From Octopus bimaculoides (taxonomy: Eukaryota): a stretch of 64,000 nt of DNA. Within the stretch, counting starts at the first letter, position 1. The number at the start of each line of letters is the position of its first letter. The position numbers and the translations under genes were made by a program. Shown here piece after piece: positions 13,901-25,875 of this stretch. A model generated the notes under the pieces. The model saw nothing but the letters and a program-made list of their open reading frames with translations, was not told where the DNA came from and made no database searches. Where the stretch lies: positions 67,204,733 through 67,268,732 of the forward strand of contig NC_068984.1 in the NCBI RefSeq assembly GCF_001194135.2, written 5' to 3'.

Positions 13901-15157
13901 TACATACATACATACATACATGCATGCATACATACATGTGCAATATACATGTATATATGTGTACATATGTATGGAAATAAATGTACGTATACATACACCA
14001 ATACGCATAAACACACACACACATAGATATAGAAACACAGTATACATAGATACACACATTGTTCGTTATTGGATACTTGGAAACAAAGCTAAAGAAATAT
14101 AGGAATGAATTTCTTGTGCTAATGTCAATGAAGCATCATCTGGGTTAACAGTTAGATCAACAAAATGTCAATGTGTGCTACTTTAAAAAATGTATATAGA
14201 ACAAGCCATCTAATAAGAAACGCCACCTAGCATTGACAAACCAGGATCTTGAGAGGTTTGACTTAGTTTCTTGAGAAGGTTATGGCCGGATTAGACCTCA
14301 GAACGCAAATGGCAAGGAAAAATTGCGTAAGTATCGATGTTCTTATTTTCATCAATTCAGTATCTTGTATTGCAACATTTTTTTATTGGTCCCGTAATGA
14401 TGAAATGCATAGCTGAACTCAGTGGAATGTAATTTTAGGAATAGGCACTATGAGGCATTCTATTCGTAGCTCCAACGACTTAAAATGATTTCGCCACCTT
14501 ACCCAGAATTTATATACATAACCATTATTCAAAATAAAAAGTGTTAAACATGTGAGCTTAATCGTGCGGGCGACTATTTGCAGCAATACGGAGTGTTCAT
14601 CTTCAGTTTTCCTGCACCGGCAGCGAGACATTTTGTACGGTAATTGTTGGTTAGTCATTACCAACTGGAAATTTACAGATTTACTTCATTTCTGATGAGA
14701 AGATTGGCAAAGGAGTGTGCTAGTCAGTGTAGAATATGTATCACAGAGGGCTTCATTAAAAACAAACAAACAAAAAAGCAGAATATAAAGGATTTTTCTT
14801 TTTTCTAACTGACTAATACCTCTTTCACAAATGAATATCGACATAAGTGATCCTCAACGTACACACATATGCACAAACGCAAACACGCACAGACGCACAC
14901 AATAACACACACATATATGCGGATATATATGTGCATGTGTGTCTATGTATGTATAAATGTATGTACGCATATAAGTATCTAAGTATGCGTGTTTCTGTCG
15001 ACTAAATTCTAATAAAAGTTGATTGTCAGCCTGAAGATATCGTAGAAGACACCCAAATTTAACTTCTGCGGTATCTATTTTGAACGTGTTCCTCGTGCAA
15101 AATCTTTAATCACATACATCTGCGCGACATAATTTAACATCTGAAACGACTACTTCC

Positions 15158-15362
15158 TGGTTTCAAATTTTGGCTCAAGGTCAGCAAATTTCGAGGAGAA
15201 GACTAAGTCGATTACGTCGACCGAGTGCTCAAATGGTACTTATTTTATCGACCTCAGAAAAGAGGAAAGGCAAAGCTGACCTCCGCGGAATTTGAACTCA
15301 GATTGAAATGTTGCAAAGCATTGTGTCCGGCTTGATAACAATTCTGGTAGTTCGCTGACTTA
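15158..15362 (-). mobile_element. tRNA-derived SINE, family A
   Basis: Same collinear modules as 6891-7085 and 16041-16244, with a small internal deletion. Confidence 0.85.
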
Positions 15363-16040
15363 AAGTACTTAAATATTAAAAAGAAATAAAGAAGTTCAAA
15401 GTTAAATGTAACGCATTGCTGAAGTTCATCTTATTGTGTGGAGAAAAATGAGTACCTAGTTCTCAATGTGTGGCATTAAATTGCTATAAAATTAACACAG
15501 TAGTCGCAAGTATGTTCCAGAATAGCCGTTTCGTTTCATTGAAAAAAAAAAAAAGAAGCTAAATGAAAAAAAAAACGACAAATGAAGAAAAAACGATTTA
15601 ATAATGGAAAAGGTTTTATCAACTAAGTGTTAAAATCATAGAAAAAATGATAGGTTGATATATTTAAACATAAATGTATTTCATTACTGAATAGGTGTCC
15701 TTGACAAGTTTGCAAATGACTTGTAACAGGAAAGTAAACCAAGAAAGCTTACAGAAAAGTAAACATAATGAATTATTTCGTTTTGCTCTATGTATTCCAT
15801 CAAGAAACACGCTAACTATAGATGTTATCAACTTAAGGTTACTACTCAAAATGTTTCTCTTATGAAACACCGTTTAGGTTTGGTATATTTAACTCTTTAG
15901 TTTAAATTGATGTTTTATTTTAATATTTTGAAAATAATTTCGCAGAATATTTTTTTTATATTTGACAAAACATTCGGGCAACATTATATAAATAGAATTT
16001 TAGTCTTGTATATGTTCGTTATTGTATAATACTTTCTACT

Positions 16041-16244
16041 GAAAGCACAAATCCTCAAATTTCAGAGAAGGGATTAAGTCGATTACATCGATCCCAGTGC
16101 GTAACTGGTACTCATTTAATCGACCTCGAATGGATGAAAGGCAAAGTCAACCTCGGCGGAATTTGAACTCAGAACGCAGCAGCTGACGAAATGCCGCTAA
16201 GTATTTCGCCCGGTATGCTAATGATTCTGCCAGCTCGCCGCCTT
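16041..16244 (-). mobile_element. tRNA-derived SINE, family A (best-preserved copy)
   Basis: Minus-strand head aaggcggcgagctggcagaatcattagc has a Pol III A-box-like TGGCAGAATCA and a B-box-like GAGTTCAAATTCC; the body matches many other copies in the window. tRNA-derived SINEs (OR/OK families) are established in Octopus, but I cannot assign the exact family. Confidence 0.92.
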
Positions 16245-16468
16245 TATTATAATATAATAATATAATTTTAATCTTTTATGTTTATTATTATATATTAACA
16301 TTATATAATATTCTCAACAGTTCAGTAAATTCAACCACATATTTTAAATATATACTGAGTATCAAATGAAGACTCTCTTTTAACATAATGACATCTGTAA
16401 TGACCTATTGCAATCCCTAACTGTTTCAATAAACAATCAAACAAATAAATAAATAGATTTTAAAACTT

Positions 16469-16640
16469 AAGAGGCAGTGGATTGGCACAATCGTCATGGC
16501 TTCAGTCTGGCATTGTCTATCTAATGTCCCTTTACATTCGAAAAGTCGACGTCGTGTTTCATCCTTTCGGAGTGGATAAAATAAAGTACTAGTCAGGTAT
16601 TGGTATCGAACTTTATTCCTGTAACGCAATTTCGGTGTGA
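16469..16640 (+). mobile_element. Diverged SINE family A copy
   Basis: aagaggcagtggattggcacaatcgt head; tttcatcctttcggagtggataaaataaagtac core. Confidence 0.7.
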
Positions 16641-18672
16641 ATTGAATTACAAAAGAAGATAAAACATGTTCATATCCGACATTAGTTTGTCGATTGACAT
16701 TGATCAATAAAGTCGGCGGTAAAACCTCTTCTTGATGCATGGAAATATAAAATACTTCAGATTTCTCTTTATATGTATAGTTGTTTCTTAGTTATTGCAG
16801 GAAATCATATTATCAATGTTCATCCGGCATTAACGATCTATCAGAAAATATGTTTATCATTTTTAACGTCCGACTATATGGAATGGTCAATGTTTTAGAT
16901 AAAAACCAATGATTTTCAAATCAATTTAAAATAATATTTTCTTTCTTATGTGTCTAAAAATATTGTGTTGTTTACATCCAAGTTGACTTACATAACTTGG
17001 ACCAAAGTAATCTTAACTGTGACATTTTCGACGTTTTCAGACATAGTGTTTCTAATTTTAGTTCCTTTTTTAAAAAAGATATTTAGCTGCAATTGTCTAG
17101 CGGCCACCTCCGGGTCCTACTTTGACCTGGGAAGGTTACATTTACGCACATATGGAATCATAGTTCTGCTTCATTTATTTTTGCGCAAATAATAAAATGC
17201 GAAGTATGCGACTAGTCTAAACTCAGGAGTTTAAAAGTTGTCTTAGTAACTAATCTTAACATATAACTTTCAAGTTTAGAGTTTTAAAATGCCAATACGT
17301 AATAGAAAACATTTAGACTACCATTCATACTATAAGTCACACAGAACAATTTGAAACCTGCAAAGGACTAAGCACTACGTCAATTTTGTCTGTTTCTGAT
17401 TTTAATTTGAGACTACAATTCACAACCGCTATTTAGTGTAACCTTCAAAGACTTTGAACATAAACTACTACTTATTTTGATTATTGTGTCTAACGGTGAC
17501 TGAAGCAATGATTATCTCCAACGTGGAAAAGTTTTACAATGTATTATCGATTCTACAAATCTTTAGTGATCGAAAATTGATATTCTTTGTTGCACTAAAT
17601 CGAATGGAAAAACAGTCAATAATGTCTCGAAAGTTATAGAATCCGACTAAAGTTTCGCAAGAAGTTTCACAAAATGGCAGTGCATAAGTATTGTATTAGC
17701 AACAAAACAATTGCAACATATTAAACATGCGTTCAAATCATTCGCAAAGATTAAGTTTTCAGTTCCTTTTCACGAAGCGTCATTCGATAAGAATTCAAAC
17801 GCATCTGTGTACAAATACAAATTTAAAAGTGCATTTTATTGACTGGAAACAGTAATCCAATATGCTTTCATAGTCACTTTTTATACAGACACATGACCAC
17901 AAAATTTGAAAGGCGAGGATAATAGATTATTGAATTGGTACTCAGAAATCTGAGGGACATTTCTGACGTCTCTATACCATCCGTGTCACTATAACACACC
18001 AAGTTGCTTGGGTTCATATGAAGTTGGATTAGTTTATGTTAGAAGTGGAATACTTTATTATATTGCATGATTCCGTACACATTCTATTTATTTACGTATA
18101 CAAGTTAATATACAATGTGTAGAGAAACACACGTGCATGCATATGTATTCATAAAAAAAGTATAAATACGCCATATATACATATCTGTGGACACAAATAC
18201 GCACAGACACTTATGACTTTATATCTCTATTTCTCAATATATCACCTGAGTACAGAGTAGAACTATGAACTAGAACAATTATCAATCCCCAAAATTTAAC
18301 TTCTCTCAAATAATATGAAAGAAAATATGTCGCTCGGTACAAACGCCATCTCCAATAATTTAATCTCATTCGAACAGGTTCATTTAAATTTATTGAATAG
18401 AGTTTAAGTATTGCCACGGCACATTCATGTATACATGCACCATAACAAACACTTTCTATTATAGTTTCTTCACCTAATTTCAATGAAGTTACTTTTCAAA
18501 GAATGTTATGAACTTAAGCGCATACAACATTCCAAGATAACACAGACTTTTGCAAAACAAAGGCTTCTTTGCCCCCCCCCCCCCGATTCATGAACATCCA
18601 AGCTCGGGGCAAAATTGGGAGTAGGCTGTCAACATTTGATATGATAGACGTATCTTCCCACCTTACCCAGCG

Positions 18673-19790
18673 TACTGAGCTTTTTATTAAATAATGTTTT
18701 AACCGCATAAAATGTATTAACGTATTTTACAACTAATTTTACCTAACCTTATTCTTAGTGCAAGTTTTGAAGAGTGCAGTTCGATTTTAGCAGCTATTTT
18801 CTCTAGGCCATAATAGAAATGACAAAGGAGCATATTCGGTATATTTTGCTTTGTGAGTTCAGTAAAGGCAACAACACAACGGAGAGTGCTAGGAATAATT
18901 ATTCAGTATATGGGGATCGTACAATAAGTAAGCCAATGTAAACGGTGGTTCCAGAAATTCTGAGCCGGAAACTGCAGCCTAGAAGACGAACGCCGTCCTG
19001 AAAGATCTGCAGAGCGTGATGAGGACGCCTTGCAACCCCGTAACTTTTGAGGAACTAGCAGAGAAGTTTGGATTTGGTCATTCAACCATTCATCGACACC
19101 TACGGGCCACTGGAAAAGTCAGCAAATTGGGTCATTGGGCTCGTCACAAACATTCCGAGACTAATCGCACACAGACAGTGAATGTGTGCTCTTCTTTGCT
19201 GTGACGTTTCATGAATGAACATATTTTGGACCGAATAGACTGGTGACAAGAAATTGATTCTCTATAAAAATGTCAAGCGCCGAAGACAGTGGGTAGCGAA
19301 AGGAGAAACACCGACACCCCGGTCTAAAGAAAGTCTTCACCCACGTATGGTGTTGTTATCTGTTTGGTGGGATATGAAAAGTTTAGTCCACTTTGAACTT
19401 TTAAACCCAAACCAAATGATAACAAAGGAGATCTACTGCTAGGAATTTGAGTGGCTTAAGTTAACGCTAGAAGGAAAACGACCATCATTGGTTTCAAGAC
19501 GAAAGGTGTTCTTCAATTAGGATAATGCTCGGCCACATACAGTGAGGATGACATTCAAAGGCTGGAGCAGTTTGAATGAGAAACGATGCCCCACCCACCA
19601 TATTCACCAGACTTCGCTCTATCTGATTATCATTTATTCCGCAGTCTTCAAAATCATTTGAACGGAAAAAGTATGAATTCTGTAGAAGAGGTCAGAATAG
19701 TACTATTTAGATTAAAAAAGAATTTTGTTTATCTTAATTTTGAAAACTAAAAGCAGTTTTAAAAACCGCATTATTTATGGGCTGACTCAA
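18673..19790 (+). mobile_element. Decayed mariner (DD34D) DNA transposon
   Basis: From the ATG at 18819: MTKEHIRYILLCEFSKGNNTTESARN...RWFQKF*AGNCSLEDERRPERS...GKVSKLGHW...DRI(V)TGDKKLILYKNVKRRRQW...LHPRMVLLSVWWDMKSLVHFELL...DNARPH...HPPYSPDFALSDYHLFRSLQNHLNGKK. The right TIR aaaaaccgcattatttatgggctgactcaa is followed by TA (19791-2); a degenerate left TIR lies near 18673-18700. Multiple stops and frameshifts. Confidence 0.93.
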
Positions 19791-21932
19791 TATATTCTTT
19801 CCGTACACATTTGAAGTTCATTGTCACGTCAGTTGAACCTTTCGGTCATCTTTGCAGAGACATTCTTCAATGACGGTAATTCTTTAAAATGATGAAATTC
19901 GCGTTTAAAATTATTATGGTGGAACTGTACAGGTTTTTTTCAATAAGTAACAAAATACAATTTTTGCACTTGGTATGTGTTATATTGTTTCCTTGAAATA
20001 GAAAATTAATTTAACTCAATTTCTTAACAATGCCTGTCAACTGAATTGCATCAAGTTATATACTTTTTAACTGTTGGCTGCAATCAACCTCAGATTTTAT
20101 TTTCAGGAAACAGTACGACATTCATATAATTTGGTCAAACGAGTCAAGCATGAACACTTTCAGAGCCAACAAACTTTTGTTGGTAACTTATATATTGCTC
20201 ATTATTATCCTGGCACTAGCATCGAATCATTGTATCATTTTTGGCACCTTTGAATTTATCTTATTATAACACTTAATATTATACTTGATGATGAATGAAG
20301 ACTGTACTTTAACATTTTCCAACAAGATATCACCTTTGTACCGCACAATGAATACACGAGACGTTTGGCACTCACTTCTTTAAATAAGTAAAATGAAAAG
20401 CAATAGAAAAATGTACGGGCTAGAAACTTATCATTAAATATTGACGTTATCTGTAGCGCATGAAACAATATCAGTCAAGGTTATGTGCTGTGTTTTAAAA
20501 AATGTGATTTCACAGCGGTAAATACTGACAATACTTCTGTATCTATAAACAGATTTAAAGCCAATTACATTTCTTCGCGCAATGAACTGTTTTCATCAAA
20601 ATACAATACATGTGTTAATCAATAACGCGTTATTATCTGCAATGGTAGTCCCTTCAACCGCATAGAAAATACAAAGTTTTAGAGAAAAGCAATAAGGTTA
20701 GTTTCAACATTAATGGCCATTTCATCAATAAGTTGTCTTAGTAAAATATAGGAAACAGATAAATGATTTTAAAATTTTAGATTTATCCCAGTGCATATGA
20801 ATATTTTTTTTCATATAGGATACTATAAAAATTTAGGTAGTGTTGTGTCTAATTTTTACACCTCTATGCAAATAGTTGTCATATTCGATAAGCTAGATAT
20901 AATCCATATTCGTTTTGTTTCTTAACTGATGCATTTTCTGTAGAACCTTCCATACAATTCGTGAAACTATTCAACAGGCGTCTCTTTACTTTTTTAATGC
21001 TGAGTAGCAAGTTGTTCCCACTACAGGCTTTGTATCATTGCTTCGTCAGAAAATATCCTTTGGCACAGTAAAAATACATTAGGAGCGGTTTTTGATACGT
21101 TGAATAAAAATTTCCTCTTCACCCCCCCCCCCTGGCAGAAAGCCACGAGCATATTTCCTTTTTACTGACAGATAGAAGATATATTGCAGCATAAAAATAA
21201 AAACTACAGCTCATCAAAGATACTCATACATCATACTAACTCTCACAACAAATTTTCGTTGAAGTAATAAGAAAGTGTAAAATAGATAAGATTGCTTGCG
21301 AAAGACACATGTATACCACTTTCTCTCTCTCTGTCTCTCTCTCTCTCTCTNNNNNNNNNNNNNNNNNNNNNNNNNNNNNNNNNNNNNNNNNNNNNNNNNN
21401 NNNNNNNNNNNNNNNNNNNNNNNNNNNNNNNNNNNNNNNNNNNNNNNNNNNNNNNNNNNNNNNNNNNNNNNNNNNNNNNNNNNNNNNNNNNNNNNNNNNN
21501 NNNNNNNNNNNNNNNNNNNNNNNNNNNNNNNNNNNNNNNNNNNNNNNNNNNNNNNNNNNNNNNNNNNNNNNNNNNNNNNNNNNNNNNNNNNNNNNNNNNN
21601 NNNNNNNNNNNNNNNNNNNNNNNNATATATATATATATATATATAAATTTTACACTCGTCTATGGTGACGTTAAGTGTATGCAAATAAAGCTCCTATTTC
21701 ATTATGCTGGCAGGAGGAGATCCTTGTGTGTTTCATCCACTAATGCAGAATTGCCTGATCAAATGAAGCAATGATGATAATCAACCGGATGGCCACAGAT
21801 ACTACGGAATATACTGTACTCAGCCCAAGGATACGGATTCTGATGTTAAATTCATGTGATCTGTAGAAACGGGCGTAACAATGTATTAAGTATTTATAAA
21901 TTCCACACTACAATTAATACTTATATATATAT

Positions 21933-21974
<42 letters not shown>

Positions 21975-22179
21975 AGCTAGATGATAGATGGATAGATAAA
22001 CTTACGGATGGATGACTCATTTATCAGTTGATCGTTCACAGACATGTACTTTTTGAATTAGCGTGTACGTTACCGACCCTTCTACATAGCGCTCTATAGA
22101 TCTACCTTTAACGTTAATCTTAAAAATTATCATAGCACAATGATTGACAAGGCTGTACTTTGAATTACCAGTGCAGTCT

Positions 22180-22328
22180 ATCCAACATGTTTCTATACAA
22201 TCTATGTTTCTTTAGTTTCCTTGATAAGATTTGGGTTGAGAAGAGGTTATACAAAATAACAATTCCGAGATGTTACAAGGTGGGATCGAACGCGTGACCT
22301 AACGTCTTAATTATCTGGGAATATTGCA

Positions 22329-22330
<2 letters not shown>
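22180..22330 (-). mobile_element. Old SINE-like fragment next to (TA)n
   Basis: gtgggatcgaacgcgtgacc is the reverse complement of a B-box-like GGTTCGATCCC motif; the body is too diverged to align confidently. Confidence 0.4.
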
Positions 22331-22404
<74 letters not shown>

Positions 22405-22685
22405 TTGAGAACATATTCTTCGTGGTTAGGTGATTTGGCATCTATTTCTAGCATATAGGAGTCCACTTTTGCTGGTCATTCCTCTTAATTTTGTATGTAA
22501 TATAATTTTAATCATCGGATTTTTTAAAAATATGCTAGACCACTGGTTTTAATTGATTATTATCAATTTCTACCCTTATTAAATTGCACACGTATTGAGA
22601 TATATGCAAAAATACATACACTTATACACGCATACACTCACATATGTCCATATACTGAAATATGCACTGATATACTACCTCGCAC

Positions 22686-22831
22686 AATGCGGTGAGCTGG
22701 CAGAATCGTTAGCACTCTTAGGTAGAGTTCAAATGCCATCGAGGCAGATTTTGCTTTTCATCCGTTTGCGGTCGGTAAATTAAGTACCAGTTGAGCAGTA
22801 GGGCCGAGATAATCAACTTGACTATTCCTGG
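22686..22831 (+). mobile_element. SINE family A copy with an internal deletion
   Basis: gcggtgagctggcagaatcgttagcac head, gagttcaaatgcc B-box, ttttcatcc..aagtaccagttgagc core. Confidence 0.85.
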
Positions 22832-23151
22832 GTAAGAGTAAAAAAAAAAAAATCTGCACTTTTCTGCCAAGCTAGTGTGACAGATTTGGCTCAGCATTAT
22901 GATCTCAAGCTGAAATTCACGGCTTCCACATCAAACTGTAGTTGATGGAGAGAATATGTTGCGGAGTTCGTGCTGTTGTAGACTGGACATATACAAACTG
23001 ATTCAACATCGCTGCACATATATACTTACACACACACACATATACATACCTGTATGTGTGTTATATACTTGATATATTTATATGTGCTAGTTTAATTATA
23101 TACATGTGTGTGTATGTGTGTGTATGTACGTCTATCTATCNNNNNNNNNNC

Positions 23152-23232
<81 letters not shown>

Positions 23233-25049
23233 TTGTGTGTGAGTGCGTGCGCGCGTGTTTTTGGGTGTACATTAGCACAGAAAAATACTCCCAGAGTGCG
23301 GCATTTCTGCTGCTACATTTGATAAATGCATATTCGTCTTTCTGACATCGTAAGTGTTTGATCTTATTCGATCGAAAACACTCGACCCCCACCACTTCCA
23401 CAGAGAGATGTGATATATAGTTTCTGCTTTCTATAACAAGGATTCCAGTAAAATCTTATAAATTCCTTTCAATAACAATGTAAAATTTAAACAGATGTAA
23501 AGCAAACTGAACGTTCTTGAGGTAATAAAACTACTCTTGAGCTGAATTTGGAATGGTATTTGTTCCATTAAAAATGAGGCTAAGTAATTGACAAGGGTGG
23601 TTCAGACATTTATTAAAATTGACATTCTTGGAACGAATGCCGCTTTGGAAGGACCTTAGTAGAATCTAAAATCGAATTCATATGAAAATATTAAAGAAGC
23701 ATGCAAATCCTTATATGAGAGCCGTTTTTGCCATATCTCTCGCGGATTTGAGTTATTAAATTCATTGTTTCATTAGCTTGTCCTGGTTTAAACGCATTGA
23801 TTTAGGGTGTTCAAACTGTCATAGAAATAATCCCCCCCTCTGGTGAGGTATAAGGTGTTATGGACTAAAAGTAGAGGAGCAGACAATAAAGAGAAGGGAA
23901 CGGAAGTGACGCAGTTCACGTTTCAGTTAGTTACAATTGACATATATAGAACGTATGATGCCGTACCTAAGTCATTTGGAAATGGATTCGAGTGACGTTG
24001 GGAAGATAGTCTATGAAGTGGTACGGTAGCGCAAACGATTATCTTTTACTGAAACCTATATTAGAAGATAGTATGGTGGAAACAGCGTCTGGGAACGTAC
24101 GTGCACCTGTAAAAGCGAGGATTTTTTTAGACATGATGTGTGAAGTATCCGGAGTACGAGTTGCCTATTGTATAGAAAGAAAATGAAACAAATTTAGGTT
24201 AGACTTAAATTTGAGGAGCAAAGATATAATAGCACACTGAACTTTGATAAATAACAAGTAAAACGTTCGGATCCCCGAACGCTAATCATAATCTTAGTCG
24301 GCAAAATTTGTATGTAAAAGTGAAATGTCAAATTCCTAAATTTTGTATGTATTTGGAAAAGAGCTCAGAAGGTCGGAACCTTTCATACAAAGACCTCCAG
24401 AAATCGAAAAGTATTTTCTTAGTCTTTAGTTTATGAAAATATGGATACTGAACTATACCAGGTCTTAAATTTCTCTCACTCATATATTTCTCTCCCTCTC
24501 ATTCTTTCCCTCCCCTCTCTCCATTCCTCCCCCTCTCTCTCTCTCTCTCTCACACACACATTCTCACTCTCTGCGATATCTTCTCTCCAAATAATTTACA
24601 TTAACTTATCTGCCATTCTGTGTCACTTTTCCTCTTGTCATCTCTCAGGGACAAAAAAAAAAAACGAAAATATTCCTTATTTTGCTCTCCTGTGAAGGAC
24701 TGTTTCAATCACAAGGAAATGTCTTCCAACGGCATTCTTCCACTTTAGCAATAAATGCAATTTTTGTCGATAAAATAATTACTAGTCTTTCTAGATTTTC
24801 TTCTTTTTTTTTCATCTTTCTGCCTTTCTACATACATTCATGAATAGTACAACTTTCTGCTCAATTCCACAGAAACAGCGATACCGACCAATTCTCTCTC
24901 AGAAGAAAATAGGGAGAGACTAGCTTCATCCCAGTGCAGACAACTTTCGAGAAAACGAATGCGGGTCGGTAGGGAACTCCTTTACAAGCACTAACTTCTC
25001 GAAGACATTTCATATGCAGACAGAAGAGCAGGTCTTGCATATCTCAGGA

Positions 25050-25875
25050 AAAACTTGGAAAAGAAACACTCTACATATTTCATAAATGTTATGCATGGGT
25101 AGATTTCCCATAAATTACAAAAAGAAAAGAAATTAACATGAAATGTAGCATCTCTTGAAATCATGGCCACTGCATCGCATCACATCTTGAAGGCTATACT
25201 TTTGAAATCCAACAGCAGGTGATAACTACAAAATATTTCATGAACAAACGGGCATGACAGTAAAGCACTTAAAGTGCCAAGAGTTAACATCATGTGTCGA
25301 TTATGTCACTCTTTCAAGGAGGACGTTAAACATGCAACTGACAGTTGTCCAAAAATGTCATGGAGTACTACCTCCTAATGAGATATGATTTTGTTGCTAA
25401 AACAATATACAATGCTATTTGCAGAAAAGACTGCCCTGGGATAAATTTTTACATATATGTCAGTACAAGGACTAAGTGCAAACATAACATACCTGATATA
25501 GGTATTTAGATTGGAATGAACATCTCTTCTAAAAATCAACTAAAAAGAGAATGTGGGCAACTGCTTCGAGATCTGCAACCCCTACACCTACATTATAAAT
25601 TTGCATTTATGGCAGTAATCGTTGGTGCACTCGATTACATTAGTAGATACTTGAGCCACAATCTGGGTAAGCTAGGACTTTGAAGCAAATAAATAGAGCA
25701 GTTACCAAAAACCTTACAGAAACAACCACCAGGCTGAAAAATAAAAATAAGCAAGACTTTCTTAAAGATTGATATGTAACAAATATCGTTGTCATTATCC
25801 AAACACCAGTGATAAGGCTGTTATTTCTTTGTTTGAAACTAACTCACTTATTCCAGTAGGAATACTAATAAAAGA
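25050..25875 (+). mobile_element. Second decayed R4/Dong-type LINE 3' end (CCHC + RLE + 3' UTR), a different family from 1-1890
   Basis: MHGRFP, HLEGYTFEIQQQVITTKYF, MCRLCHSFKEDVKHATDSCPKM, MRYDFVAKTIYNAICRK, KCKHNIPDIGI (PD motif) and MAVIVGALDYI, in the same order as in the element at 1-1890. Heavily disrupted. Confidence 0.82.

Noticed and set aside
16041-16244. tRNA-like A and B boxes here and at the other SINE heads
   Set aside because: No complete cloverleaf; each continues into a multi-copy SINE body, so they are not tRNA genes.
23856-24190. Possible solo LTR (TG...CA with an internal AATAAA)
   Set aside because: No matching 4-6-bp TSD, no PBS or PPT and no second copy in the window.
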